This document shows positions 26,252-41,040 of a stretch of 64,000 bases of DNA, one piece after another; the stretch's first letter is position 1; the number at the start of each line of letters is the position of its first letter. A model generated the notes under the pieces. The model did no database searches, was not told where the DNA came from, and was given only the letters and a program-made list of their open reading frames with translations. The DNA is from Paramecium tetraurelia (Eukaryota), in contig CT868474.1 in assembly GCA_000165425.1 (NCBI GenBank), positions 310,001 through 374,000 of the forward strand. Direction: 5' to 3'. The position numbers and the translations under genes are program-made.

Positions 26252-27952
26252 ATGGAATTATTAAGGGATCCATCGCATGATAGAGTTGTGAAAACCTTGA
26301 AGCCACCTCCTCATTATCCTCTCTCTCGCTAACTCATGTTTCCAGATAAACTAAAAAGTTACTTACTTTAAAATTATTAGACAAACCCGACTGGAGATTA
26401 TTACTAGATCATTTATCAAAAGAGGGAAGAATTGCAAAAGAAGATCTTTTCAAATTAGTTTAAGAATGCAATAAAATATTTAGTAACATTTCCTTATAAT
26501 AACAGAAAATGAGGGGAATCTCATATATTTGCATGATCCTTTAACAGTTGTAGGGGACATCCATGGCCAATATTATGATTTAGTTAAAATGTTTGATGTC
26601 GGAGGCAATATAGAATCCACAAAATATCTATTTTTGGGCGATTTTGTTGACAGGGGTTCATTTTCCATCGAAGTGATCGTCCTAGTATATGCAATTAAGA
26701 TCAACTTTCCAAATACTGTTTTTTTCCTAAGAGGAAACCATGAATGTAGACAGCTCACAAGCTTTTTCAATTTTAAGGACGAATGTATACAAAAAAAAAC
26801 CCTCTCATCAAGGCCTCTATAAGTATGACCAAGAAACCTACGATTTTCTGATGGACTCTTTTGATCTTTTCCCCCTTGCCTGTGTAGTTAACAACAAGTT
26901 TCTAGCCATCCATGGAGGTATCTCTCCAGATCTAAAAACGGTAACAAGGTTCTGTATTTCCGATTTTAGCTTGAAGACATCAAAAAAATAGATAGATACC
27001 ATGAACCACCCAGAAGTGGACTCTTTTGTGATATTTTGTGGAGTGATCCTGTTGATAATGATTAAGGATCATTAGAAAATGGATGGAAAGGAAATGAAAT
27101 TAGAGGTTGCTCTTGGTTTTTTGGGGTTGATGCCGTGCATAGATTTTTACAAAGAAACAATCTCATTTCTGTCATTAGAGCTCACGAAGCATAGTTAGAC
27201 GGATATAAAATGCATAGATGGAAAAGCAGCTCAGACTTTCCAGTTGTTATTACAATATTTTCAGCTCCTAATTACTGTGATGTTTATAAAAACAAAGGAG
27301 CTGTAATAAAATTTGAAAATAACACCCTTAATATTTAGTAATTTAAAGATACTCCTCACCCTTATCTCTTACCAAACTTTATGGATGTATTCTCCTGGTC
27401 AATACCTTTTGTTACAGAAAAAGGTAGATTTCTGAATTTCATTTTAGTTACTGAAATGCTATATATGCTTCTTAAGCATGAGGATTAAGATTAAGAAAGC
27501 GGTGATGAAAAAATTAACCAAGAAGATATTGAAAAGTTTAAGCAAATCACATAGTCTGAAAAAACAAAAATTTTTGATAAAAATAAATCACTTCAAAAGT
27601 AACTCTCAAAAACTGGAAAAGAAAAACTGAGATCTAGATTAAAATTTGTGGCCACAATGATGAAAATGCAAAAAACGTTAAGGTCTTCAAATATATTTGT
27701 ATTTTCAGAGAAGAAAACCAAAGTATTGTTTAACTAAAAGGAGCTTGTCCAGATAAACGCCTGCCTAAAGGATTATTGCTCCAAGGAAAAGAAGCTATTA
27801 CTGATGGTATCTATTTATTTTGATGTTTAGCCTTGCAAGAATTTAATTATATGAAATTAGCTGATAGTATTAATGAAAAAATGCCTAATATACATATTCC
27901 TTAGCAATCAATATAAATTAAAAAGCCTGGTTAATCTTCAAAGAAAAAATGA
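26252..27952 (+). CDS. CNA: Calcineurin A (PP2B) catalytic subunit
   Basis: PPP motifs GDIHG, GDFVDRG, RGNHE and SAPNY are present. So are the calcineurin-B-binding helix [23 protein letters not shown], a CaM-binding-like basic helix and an autoinhibitory-like ...DSINEKMP. Seven introns of 23-29 nt. Confidence 0.95.
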
Positions 27953-29976
27953 ATTTATTTATAGGTGATTAAATATCAAAGATATATATTACAAATTTTT
28001 TAGCTCAATCTTATATTTTATCAAATAACAATACTACGTTTTTTTAATATATATTTATTTTGTATTTTAAAATTGAGTTGTAAAATTCTTATATATAAAA
28101 AGTTACAAGTAAGCATTACTCTTCTCATTTTTTATGATTTTTTAATTGGTTGTATAAAATGATAATTTCATTCAGTTATCTCTAATCTTTTATATATCAG
28201 GATATAAAAATGATGGATTAGAGAGTTATATTAATTATTAGTTATACAATAGAAAAATATGAATAATTCAACATAATTCTAAATAAACCAATATCCTAAA
28301 TTTAACACTAAAAGACTATGAGAAATATTCGTACAAGACTTTCTGAAGAATTAATTGTTCTCAAATTAATTTATTAACTCTAAATATTCTAATAATATGT
28401 TATTCATTGTGCCTAAATCTAAACACTATATTAATTCAATTAAATTTTTCTTTCATAATTATTTAATCCTACTTAGATCTTTAAGGTTAATTTAATATTA
28501 TTGAATAATAATTAATTCTTTTGATATATTCTTTTTTTATTAGAAATCTCAATATAATTAAATCTCTATTAAAATTATAAAATGTTGTTTAATTTTTTTT
28601 CTATTATCCTATTCTAGAGTGACAACTATTAATAAATAATGATTCTATTAATTATCTTATACTTTAGATAAAATCTAATCAAACTAGTAAATAAATGATT
28701 CATTAATTGTTATAATTAAGTAATATATTGAAATGTTTTATTTTCCTATCGAATTAAATATTAAGTTGGACATTACTTTAATAACTTGAACTAAAATAAA
28801 TAACAGTTATGATTGTTATAGAAATTTCAATAGACAAATCAATTTTATATTATTATGACTTCTGAGAAATTAGATTTTAAATAGAATTTACTATAATAAT
28901 CTAACTTTAATAAATATTGAAGATATGATATCTAAAAATAAGTTGATGTTTAGAATATATCATAATTCTTTGAATTTCCACAAAGAATTATATTAGATAC
29001 TAAATTGATTAGTAATTAAAGGATAATAAATTATTTTATTATTATTTCTCAAAATAAACATGATAAATAAAATTTAGGAATGTTTCTGCTAATTAAAAAA
29101 AGTTTGAGGTATTATATTATTTTTTATTTAAGACTCCTATTAATCATTTAATTATAAGAGAGAGTTAAGTTGGATATTGAATTTATTAATCTATTAATTA
29201 CTGCCGATATAAATTTAATGAATAATTGAGCCTAGTGATACTACCTTAATATTTTTCTTGCATGAATAGGTCTAATGACTTATAAGCGCAGAAAATTTCT
29301 GCAGACCAAATTTGGTATTAAAAAATTTTTAATACAGGCTTAATTGAAATTGTGTTTAATTGTTTATCTTTTTTGATAGAGAAAAGAGGAGTTAAATTTG
29401 TGATTGTTACACCAAAATGATACAGAAACAATTTGATATATTTTGCTCAAAGCAACATTGTCGATTCTCTAAAATTCAAAAATTTTTAGTTGGATAACGA
29501 AGTTCCAAAGATTATATTATAAAGGATACGTTCAAATATCAATATCAATAATAAGATAAGATGTGATTATATTAAACTTTTAGAAAACTATTTCTAAGGG
29601 ATAAACTTATAAATAGGTGTAGTTTAATATAAAGTAGTCAAAAGTAACATAAGTGATGTAATTTCTGTATTCAGAATATTGGCTTCATTCTTTATTATAT
29701 CTTTTATAATTGAGAATCATTTTCATGTCTAAATAGTTATTAAAAATTAGCTATTATCATGAATTTTGATGTTAACAAAAAATTTAATTAATACTGATAT
29801 AATATCTTCTAAAATAATTAAGAGTATTTTATGGGTAAAATTAGAATAGTAATATTAAATTAATTAATAAAGAAATATTATTTTTTTTGAAAACAATCCA
29901 AGTAAATTTGTAAAAGATTGGATTAAATTGAAATGCAAATTGTAAAAATTTTCGATTGAATAATATTAATTTTTCA

Positions 29977-30995
29977 TCAGTTGGTTTTTTAATTTCTCTA
30001 CAGTGGTGCCCCTTTAGATTTTCTTTTCTTTTCAACAGTTTCCCAACCATCGCTATCTTCATCTTCATTTTATTATGGTAATTCTTCTTATTATTATTAT
30101 TATTCTTATTATTATTCTTACTGCTATTTTTATTATTGGACTACAGGTGGATTTCCCTTGAATAAAGAATATTAAATACTTTAGCTTTAGAGTTGATAAA
30201 TGTGGGAATAGATTCCTCAACCTTCAATTGTTTCTATTATTCAGGGACTGCTTAAGAAGTTAATGTATTAGAATTTCTGGTGATATTGATTTATCTTTGA
30301 GGAAGATTAGATTTTTATGTTTCTTAAATTTATGGCTAAGGCTAAACCTAAGTTTCTTATTATGTTTTTTTGATTTATTCTTATTGTTATTATTAGAATA
30401 AAACAGTGTTTTCTTACTTTTTTGTATTTGTGAATGTTAGAGATCCTGAATTAGAATTTAATTGAGTATTTTTTGTTTAAACATTAGAAGCTGCTTAGCT
30501 TGAGGGTTTAGAACTAGAATTAGTAAATATCATAGCATTATTGGTGGTAGGCTAAATTTTTTAGTCTTGCTTTGGTTAATTTTGTAAATTCTTTTATTTT
30601 TTAGATTGTTTTGGTAATTCAGCAGCAACAGCAAGATCAGGGAACTCTTCATTCCTAATTTCTATGATAGGATCGTCATTCTTTTTCAATGATGAATTTG
30701 GCTTCTTGCCAATACCATTAGTTGGAAGCTCTTTAGACTCATCTGATTGTTACCAACCATCAGTTGATGTTTGCTAAATAGTGGGTTATCTAGACATGAT
30801 ATGGGCTTAAATACTTTTTTTCTGGTTTTTTTGCAACAACAACAAGATTGGTTTCTTCTTGTTCTTCTTCAAGATCAATAGAAGGCTTTTGATCATCCTT
30901 CTTCACAATTTTGGAAGCCTAAGTTTAAAGTTTTAGTTTACTTCAGGTTTAGGTGCCTAATTCTTAGGTTGTTATGAAGTTTTAAGTTTCAACAT
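29977..30995 (-). CDS. Low-complexity Q/T/K-rich protein with EEFPDL and DGWETV motifs (possibly RNA/translation-associated)
   Basis: ATG at 30995, two short introns and an open frame to ...NQKTN-TGA at 29977. Confidence 0.6.
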
Positions 30996-31150
30996 TGAGG
31001 ATTGATTTGAGGGTAGTGTAAAATTTAAAAGGTATTTTTTAAAAAATATTTAGCAAAGAAAATGAGGAAAGTTTTTATTTAAATAAAGAAGGAATTACTC
31101 AAATTTAATGAGTTAATTCGATCCGTTTTTAAACCAATATTAAAATATAG

Positions 31151-32328
31151 ATGTGAAAGCTAGCCATCTTGGCATTAGTAGTTACAATAACAACTGCTAA
31201 GTTCATTGACATTCATACAACATTGGCTCAAATTAATGCTAATCCATTCGGAAATGTGGTGTTATCTGCAATTAAGGCTCATCTTTAAGCCTAGACTCCA
31301 GCCAATGAAGTTAACATGTTGTTGAATGCTGTAGATGCTGGTATTGTTTAAGACTAAAATGATCACGATCATGCTTTTGAGTTGGATACAACAACTAACA
31401 ATAGAGTAAGGTTTTTATTAATTGTCAGATAGTAGAAGACTTAGACAAAGAAATCTTGTATCATTAGAATTAAATAGCAGCGAACACATAATTGAGAGAC
31501 GACACAATTGAATCACTTGCTGTTTCTGAAGAAGATATCAGAGTTACTATTCAAGATATTGCAAACATTGAAGCCACTTATGCCAGGGAAGAAACCACAA
31601 GAAATCAACAACACGAAACTTTTATTGCTAAAACTACTGCTATTGATGATGTTATTGATGCTATCGATGACGCTGCTAAACTTATCTAACATTTAAGTTT
31701 AGGTGCTTCATTTGCTTAAATAAAGACTAAATTCGACTCACTCCATAAGAAGTTATTAGATAACACATCACATACTGCTCTCTTACAAGTTTTATTTTAT
31801 AATAATTTAAAAGCCCGTCATCACAGCTTTGACTGAACTTGCTACTCATGGTGTCAACTAAAAAGCTTTGACTAAAATTGCCCAACTTTTGAGCGAAATC
31901 AGATAATAATTAGTCTAAGAGAAAGCAGCTAAGACAGTATTAATATTTATAAAATAATTTAGGATGTTGAAGAAAGATAAGCTGCCCACTGGGCTGAATT
32001 TTCAGTTCATCTAGCTAATGAACATACGAGATTAGGCGAAAGAAAAGCATAATTAGAAGTCTAAATATAAGAATAAAAGGATACTATAGAAGATGCTATC
32101 TCATGGATAGAATTCCAAACTTTGGAATTAGAAAATAGTGAAGAAAGACTTGCTGGATAATAAACATGGTTTGCTGTCTAATCCCAAATATATGAAACTT
32201 AAACTGCTGAACGGTATTCAATTATTCTATTATGTAGAACTGCTTAATAAGAAATTATTGACAGACTCTAAGAACATATTAGTGAAAAATTGTCAACTAC
32301 TGCTTAATTTATTGCAAGCAGAAACTGA
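31151..32328 (+). CDS. Trichocyst matrix protein, T4-like, with an in-frame TGA at codon 2 (possible null allele or pseudogene)
   Basis: The gene opens ATG-TGA-KLAILALVVTITTA. The rest is open across four short introns and resembles TMP T4 (IVEDLDKEILYHQNQI, HLSLGASFAQIK, LLSEIRQQLV, ERQAAHW, LANEHTRL.ERKA). It ends ...FIASRN-TGA at 32328. Confidence 0.8.
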
Positions 32329-32462
32329 TTTTATTATCAATATCAATATTCATTAATATTTTTCCAAAAATAATTAACAAAAATAATTTTAATATTTCAT
32401 TTTACATTTCTTATATTCTACCCAATATATTCATAAATATATAAACCATATAAGTTATTTTT

Positions 32463-35400
32463 ATGCCTTTTTAAATTAAGCTATTTGAGAAATAGGTAGT
32501 TTTTATGCTGTCCCACTTTTTAACTTTGGAATACAAAATGCCTAAACTGTTTTAACTGCTCATTATCATCTATTCTGTTACCTAATCAATTTCTTATTCA
32601 TTTTACTACTAGTATACTTAAGATGAGCAACTCAGACATAGCCTTACTAAAATTACCTCATTAACAAGATTGTATTTATATATTGACAATCCAAATATTA
32701 AATCAGGTTTGTTTTGGTTACTTGCTATTGTCCAAAATTTGATATTCCTTGCCGCTAGTATTGTTGCTTACAAAAATCAATACAAAATGGGTGCTTTATC
32801 TTTTTGGACTAGATTTATATCTGTCATCTTCACTTTTTATATCTATTATTTTTCAACTGCATTTTTTCCTGTTATCTTTGAAATTTGCCTTTTTTAATCA
32901 TCAGATTTAGTATAATTTTGTGTTTCCATAATTGTAATGTTAGAAACACTCATTATTATGATTTTAGGAGAACTTGTTTTTAGAAGAGGCTTAATACTTA
33001 AATCAACTTCTCAATTGTATATTAATATGACCTCATACTCATACATAATCAAAATTCTAAAATTAATGTAAATCATTTTTTTTTTTTATTTACAAACAAA
33101 ATTTCTCTCATAAATGATTTAATGCGTAATTAACATCCTAATATAATTATGCTTTATAGCTGAATAGATTAGAGCCAAAGTTTATGCTTAAAAAATCTAT
33201 TCGAGCACAACAATTATTTTTAGTTCGATTGGATTAGTTCTTTCTTTTGATGTACTTCTAACCCAATCCACAAATAAGAATAATTATTGGATATTAGTTT
33301 GTATAATATTGATCAAAATCTTATTGTCATGTGAAGAATTTCGAATTGATAAAATTTCTAATTATGGAATCCATCAATTGAAATATTTATTTACTTTTTT
33401 AGATTTAAGTAATCATGAAAAATCAATAACAAAACTTTAAATTTTCATGCTTTTCTAAAGTCATTAATAGAGTTGTGATAATAAAAAAACATGTTTTTGT
33501 ACCAAACATAAAAATGATTAATTTGTTGCACTGATAAAAATTATTGAGAGTAAAATAGAAGAATCACTTCATGGTAAAACTAAAATATCTAAAGATTTAA
33601 TTTGCACTGATTATGCATAGATTTTATTTCGAAGTCACTAATATGTCAAAGCTTAATAACATATAACTAGATTTTTGACAAAATAATCTCCCAATTATGA
33701 CAAAAAATAAAATCCATTGTCAAAAATTACAATATTCTTATTAGAATATCTAAAGGGTGAGGTTTTAAATTAAGTCATGATTTAAATTACAGAAAAAATT
33801 GTTTTATCCAATTAGCATAATAAATTGCTAAATGAATCTTTGAAATCTTTTGTAATAAATGAAAATTCCGATTCCGAAATAATAGCCAATTTAAAACAAA
33901 TAATTCAAACTAAAATTTAATTTTATTATAATTTTATTGAGCATCAAAATGCTAATTTTGGAAATATCAATTATGCATTGCAATTTATCTAACAAATAAA
34001 ATAATTTAAGGAGATGCTATTAGATCGATATAATTAGTTCCCAAGTAAAAATACATAATAAATTTAGCGAGTAGTAACTAAAATATATTAAAGTATTTCA
34101 CTTTGCATATTCTAAATGATTACATCGATTCTTTCAACATCAATAGAGGTAAGGCTTTTGAGGACGATAAATTTAATTAATTCTCAGGACAAATGTATCA
34201 TAAAATCTTCGGAATTAATCCTGCTTACTTTATTACTGAATTGAATTCTGAATTAGAAGTGATAATAACTAAGAAGTCTTAAAGGGCGTAATATTTATTG
34301 AAATAATGGAAGGTTTAATAACATGAATAGAAATACCATGCTAACATTGAACTAAACGCTTTCTTACCTGAGTATGTGCAATTGAAACATAGCAGTTTGA
34401 TTGAGAAATTCTTGAGTGAAGGACAAAATAAATATTACCAATAATAAAATTTATCATTTTTAAAATAATAGGAAAAGGTAATGATGCCAATTCAAATAAT
34501 GGTTAGCATGAATTAAACAAATTATGATAAATTCTCCTTTCTTACTTTTTTCTATGAATCGCTTGACTATCGATCATACATAGTTGTAGATAAACATTTA
34601 GAGATATTGAATATAAGTTCTAACATTTCAGAGAGCTTATTTTTAAATGAAGCCAAGGTTCATTCAAGTTGTGTAACTAAAATAATACCAAATTTTCAAC
34701 AATTAGTATCTACTCATTAACATCAATTTTACAATCAAGAAATAAAGCTGGTTAAAGAATATCGCCATTAAAAAGTACCCTGTTCCTTTACTGGTAATAT
34801 TAAAATTGACAGAAAATTTGAAAATCAATATAAGTGTTATTTTGTTGAATTAGATAATATTCGAGCGATATCAAAGAAATTTAAAGATGAGAATTCTACT
34901 TTGTATATGGCTTCTCTTACTTAATTTCCTGGATCAAGTTAGAAGTTACTCAATATAAATAGTGAATTTGATGATTCAGAAGAAAAGATGATACCCTATA
35001 TAAATTTTGAAAATCATCCTATTCCTGAAAATTCTCTATGTATTATTCAATAAGAACAACAGCGTTAGACAATAAATTAAACTGATACAAATTTGGTCTG
35101 CACTCTATAAATGGTGGAATTAGGAAAGAGTCATAACATTTTTGAACCCTTATCATAAAAACGATTATTGCACAGTTCAAAGTATTCTCATGATGAAGAC
35201 ATGAAAAAATAAGTAAATAAAATTGTCGAAGAAGATGAGTTTCTTGAGATTGGATCAACATCTTCAGTAACTGCAATTAGAAGATCAAAATACTATAAAA
35301 AATTTGAGATAATAACTATTTTAATGAAATCAAAGAAGCAATCATAAAAGATTGTAAAAATGAATAAATTCATTTTTTTGTATATATTTGTAATATTACT

Positions 35401-37133
35401 GGGATTGATAATAGTAAACTATAATTCTAATTATTTAATAGCAAATCTTAATGGTTTAAAACTTGGAACAATTTATCGAAGATATCAAAACATTATCAAT
35501 AAGATATGATGTTGTCGAGCCTTATGAATCCTTTTATGTTTCTAGATTTTCTTAGGTTAATTACAGAGAGCAATTAGGTGGGGGGTTTATAAATGCAAGT
35601 GTTTATGCTTAATTGACAAAATATCCATTCTCCACTTTTGGCCTTATGTATGATCATCTACGAAATAGCATGTACAGTGTATTAGAAAGAAGGGAGATCG
35701 ATTAACTATCAGATAATGAGTTTATAACAATCAGTTTTTTGAATAAATCATATGTTGGGTATACTAAGAATGTTACTATCAGATCTTTAGCAAATATATT
35801 GATGAATTATTAGTATGATTTTAAGTTGGGATTAACTATTCGTAGTGTGGCGTTTGATAGTCCATTTTTTTACTTTACAAGTAAGAACTATCTAACAATA
35901 AAACACACATTTGATGGTTTAAATAAGATTGTTTTAGATGCTACTTTACAGAGATCTTAATTAGAGAAGGAAAAATGGATATCCGTGTTATTACCATTTA
36001 TCACGATAAGTTTGTTTTTATGCATCATAATAATTAATAGTTATAGAGAATATAATTAAATAATGAATTCAATATTTTAATATCTCATGGATTTGGATCA
36101 GTAGATATTGGATGGAGAAAAAAAGAGACTTTAAAAGCATTTGAGTATAGTAAGTAATGAGTTAGAGATAATTAAGAAATTTGAGTTTGATATTGAAGCT
36201 ATTGATGCTGAATTTGAGGAATAAAATATTGTAAGTAATAGGAATAATTCAAAGAGAGATGGAAAGAGATTCAAGATTAAGAATAACTTTTTAAGAACAA
36301 CAGCTGCAATAGGATTTATCCATTTTTTGTTATTTCTCACATTCTATATGACTATATATTTGATTATTGAAAGATATTTTGAGAAATATGATCAAACATC
36401 TATCATTTTTTAAAGGATTAGTGATCTTGGAGTTGATATTCCAACTTTATATGCTCAAAGAGAAGTTTTATATAGAAGGACTCTAAGATACTTTTTTTTA
36501 ACAGATGCTGAAATTGATGGAGTGTATGATGTATTTTTTTAGGCATATAATAAAGTAGAAGAGTTCACATAATTAAATATTGATTTAAGTTCGGATGACT
36601 ATTTATTTGATGAAAATGCTGTCAATTTTTATTAGGCTATTAACATAGGAGATTTGTGTGAATATTAAACTGAATAATTTAAAGAGCTAGCTAATTCAAC
36701 TTGTGGATTGGCGATGAATGGTAACTTATTAAAAGGATTATCATAAATCTTACCATACATTTTATATACTTTAAAAACCTAATATGATGATAGTAAAAAC
36801 TTTACTATTTTACCTACAAACACTAGACTTGAATTGGAAGGAGCAACTATTATTGGTAATGTAATGTCAACTGTAATATCTGAACTTTATGATAATCTAC
36901 TCATTTCTTGTTTAAAGTTGATTAATTTCACTTAGATACCATGTATAATTTTCTTAGTATTTCAATCTATTTGTATAGTGATTTACATTGCCATTATGAA
37001 TGAAAATCATAAGTAACAATTTTAGTCTATTAAACAATCTATATTTTTATTTCCAAGACAGACATTAATTTTTGATGATTAGTTTTATAGGAATTTTAGA
37101 TCAATCATAAAAGATGAAGGGATTTAATAATGA
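32463..37133 (+). CDS. TmcB/TmcC-like multi-pass membrane protein with PAS domain
   Basis: The 4671-nt code-6 frame has N-terminal TM helices and a PAS-like segment (ELNAFLPEYVQLKHSSLIEKFLSEGQNKYY...VMMPIQI). An SSTSSV linker precedes further TM helices, and it ends ...FRSIIKDEGIQQ-TGA. Confidence 0.75.
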
Positions 37134-37434
37134 GATTAAATTTTAATTATTTATAATATATACTTGTGATGCCTTTATATGATGATTAATGATCATCCTA
37201 TTTTCATCTCTACAGTGTATTTTTCTTTGAATAGTAATTGTAACAGTTCTGTTCATCGGTTTTAAGAAAATCTAATATGTAGAAATGTAAATTTTGAATA
37301 TATCAGTATCCTCAATAATATATATTAGTATCTAATTAACTAATTCAAATTAATTTTAGATCAGAATTATTAAAAAATCATAAGATAAAAAAATGACTAA
37401 GTATTGTGATTGATTGAATTGGCGTAAATAATAA

Positions 37435-40090
37435 TCAATATTATTTTGTCTATAGTAATTTAGAGAAGGCATCCATGCTATAGGATGACATTTTCTCCTT
37501 TTCAGTTTCCAAATCCTATAATTTCTTTTCAAGCTCATCCATCAACTCTATCTTGTCTCTTTTTGGTTGTTTGGACCGATTCATTTGATTTCTTGTATTC
37601 AATATATTTCCTTAAATTATGATTCCCTAATTTATGGTTTTATTTGTCCCCTATTCTAATTACATTTCCAAATATTCTATTTTTTCTAATGCCTCTTAGT
37701 ATTTCTTCTGGAGATCATCTTAATCATCAGATTTTTATTTCGATCTTTGCAACTAAGCTTAAATATTATCTAAAATTTAATCAATAAATATACAAATTAC
37801 TTGTTATGCTTTAAACATTTATTATTATGCTTTCCAAATTATTTGATTTAGGCCATTATAACAAGAAATCCCATTTTTCATAATTTTAAACTAATAATGA
37901 CTTTTTAGGCATTCTCAATCCCAATTTATTGATTTACAATTCCTCATACATTACTTAATCTAAAGTATGTTGGGCATCTTCCAAAAGATATGCCAGCTGT
38001 TCAATAGTTAATTACTTTAATTAGTTTCTGCTTTAATCTTCATACTAACTCACTGGCACTAATTAAAATGATTAGATTCCTTCGTTCAACGGATATTTCT
38101 GAATCAATATCTACAAACACTGTTAATTCTTATATGCTTTCTCAAGAATAGAGTCGCATATCTCAACTTAAATTATCTATTTATTAATACATATTTCATC
38201 TATTAGTTGCTTCTTGGAAGTCATTAAACTTAAATATTTATAATGAAAATTAACAACACTATTATTTATAAAATGTCCAAATAGATCAAAAATTATTCAA
38301 TCCTGCTTGTAATGTTTGGTAAAGTTTCATAAAGATGTCATAATCTTACTCCTTTGGTAGTTATTGCTGCTTATCTTATTCTTGTAACTACTTCCCCTCC
38401 TCAAATCTTTTTATCACTTCATTTACTAAATCCTCCAAATTCTATTTTTCTAAAACGTCCTTTGGTTATTATTCTGTTATTATTGGTTATTCTTATAACT
38501 TGGCATTTAAAGAACTTGCACTTCCTTGAAGTTACATATTGTTTTAATCTGATGCATGATTTTATGAAAATTATTGTTATTATTCTGTATTCTTTAGTTG
38601 CTGTATTAATTAATCAATTTCCTATGTTTTTTGTTCTAACTTCTATTCATATTCATTTTTAATATCTTCTATTTATTAGGTTTGTACTGCCTATACATTA
38701 TCATTTAAATTTTGCATAATTCTAACAATTTCATTAAAAGCATCTTCAACATTATTTTAGTATTATATGGAACCACTTTCTGTGATTTCATTTTTTCCAT
38801 CCCTATCTACTATTTGTTACTATTAATTCTAACAAATTTATTTTTTGATTTCGCCTAGAAGTAATTGACAAACTTATTCTATATGACCAGAAGACAACTA
38901 TTATTAATGTTAAATATTTTATTATGGAAAGGGTGCTGCTTATAATTATGTAGGCTATTTAAATTAGATGGGTTGATTAGGTTATTAAAATTGTTATTAA
39001 TATGATTAAACAGAATTTGGTGGAGGTTATAAAACTTGATTCATTTAGGGTTAAAATTGAAGATTGGTTTTGTTTTAAATATTTGGAATTATTTGAGTTT
39101 AAAATAATGGATTTATTGGTGGATTTCCTTGAGGTTATACTACATTATTTTATTAACCAGGACTTAATTTATTAGTAAAAGATTCTTAGACATCAGCTAT
39201 TTTTATACGCTTGTATCGTTTATATTCCAACATTGACTTCAGATTTTCTTTAACATATGAAGGAACGCTTAGACTGTCAATTCTCTTTAAATAATATTGA
39301 TTTGTTTCTTTATCTTTAAAATCTTTGATTTTATTTTTTAGATCCTCAATTTCAGCTAAAATTTCAGATAATAATTGATACACGAAACAAAAAATGACTT
39401 GCCAGCAAGGGTCCAATAAATTACACAACCTAAGGACCAAGTATCTACAGATTAAAGAAAATCAGGTTTTTAATTTAAAATTTCTGGAGCTTAATATAAT
39501 ATCTATTGAAAATCTTTAATTTAATGTTTTTTTGAATCTTATCCTTTTATTGCCTACCAAAAATTAATTAATTTAAATTTATTTTCTATAAGGATGAAGC
39601 TCTCTGGTCTGATTTATTTATGAAATATACCTTTAGAATTCATAAATTTAATAGATTTAAAGAGCTAATGATTTTAGAGAATAATTACATCAGTGCAAAT
39701 TTCAATCCTTTTATCCATAGATATATTTTCGTTTTTTTAAATATAATCATATAGATTAGATTCCCCCCTCTCCATAAGTATTGTTTAAAAATTTGAGAAT
39801 AAACCTGTTTCATAAATCCTAATAATTCCTGATGTCTTAATTGGATCGTTGTCGTTCTTCTCTTAATGATCAATCAACTCCCGAATAAGAGATTTTTCCT
39901 AATCAGACATAGCTTTATAAATTCTTATTGCAAACAATTAAGAATTATTGTTGTTTGTAGGTTAAGCATCAAACAAAGCTTCATTTCCATCTTGGTCTAA
40001 GAGTTTTATAAGTTAAAATTATCCATTTTTAGTAAAATTCAAAGTCTTTTTCTCTAAAGGTGAAAAGTTTGTGGAATTCTATTAATTCAT
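37435..40090 (-). CDS. Pseudokinase with long Q/P-rich and coiled-coil C-terminal region
   Basis: The kinase fold has altered catalytic motifs (FAIR, HKQIRPES, INFG) but retains YQAPE and DTWSLGC. An intron sits at the same position as in the 8-21 kb kinase domains. The 3' end was inferred from the best-looking frame. Confidence 0.7.
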
Positions 40091-40138
40091 TTCAAGGGAA
40101 TTATTTAATATATATTTTTATTGATAAATTTGATTAGA

Positions 40139-41040
40139 ATGAATGATTTAATTGTTCCAATAGTCACAGTTGTTTTAAGTCTTATATCAATTCTAAGTTG
40201 TGGATTTGTAATTTATATTTATGGAAGATTTAGAGAATTAAGGAATGATCAATTTACTATTGTATTACAGATTATTTTATTCGATCTGATATATGATCTC
40301 ATACTATTTAGTGACTCCATTGGATACTTATTTTTGAGAAACTCTACTTTTTAATTGAGTGAGAAGCCTGTTTTATGTCAGGCACAATCGTTTTTCTCTG
40401 TCTATAGTGTTTTGTCAAGCACTTTTTGGACTTCAATTATTATTCATAGTTTGTATATTTCTTTAAGAGAGAGTGAACCTAATTAGTATATGCAGTCATA
40501 TTATCCAGGATTAGGCTATGGAATACCCCTATTAATATCTATTATGTATGTATTGTTTGTGAAAAAGTCCAATAATTATAGATGCATATGGTCAATACTA
40601 CCCAATGCCTCAAACAAATTGTTTCTTTGATATCTATAACGAAAATATGGAACTCTATATCTTGGTATTTTTTGATATCCCTATATGGACAATGTTCCTA
40701 TATAACATTATTGTAATAATCCTTGTGATCAGAAGAATCAATTAGAATAGCACTATAAATTAATCTTTGTATTCCTTATTTATGTATCCTATGATTTTGG
40801 TTATTTGCTGGATAATTGTATAATAATATTTTTGATATTTAGCCTGGTTTTGTGAATATTATTGGAGTCAAATCAGTAATATGGAAAAGCATTAATTTCG
40901 GATTGGGAAGTTTGATTGGTTTTTTTGATGCTTATTGGTATTGCTACACTTCCTTGTCAGATAGATTGACTTTCGAAAATGGAAAAATGATACTGCGTAT
41001 AAAAGAGAATGCTGAAGAATAAGAATTACCTAAAATTTGA
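40139..41040 (+). CDS. 7TM GPCR-like protein, cAMP-receptor/GCR1-like family
   Basis: Seven hydrophobic segments and motifs LCQAQSFF, SSTFWTSII, YYPGLGYGIPLL, AYG...NCF, YPMILVICW..PG and GFFDAYWY. Two short introns. Confidence 0.85.

Noticed and set aside
28200..29820. Possible long plus-strand gene in very AT-rich sequence
   Set aside because: There is no recognisable motif and the frames are interrupted by TGA. Under code 6, AT-rich DNA gives long spurious ORFs.
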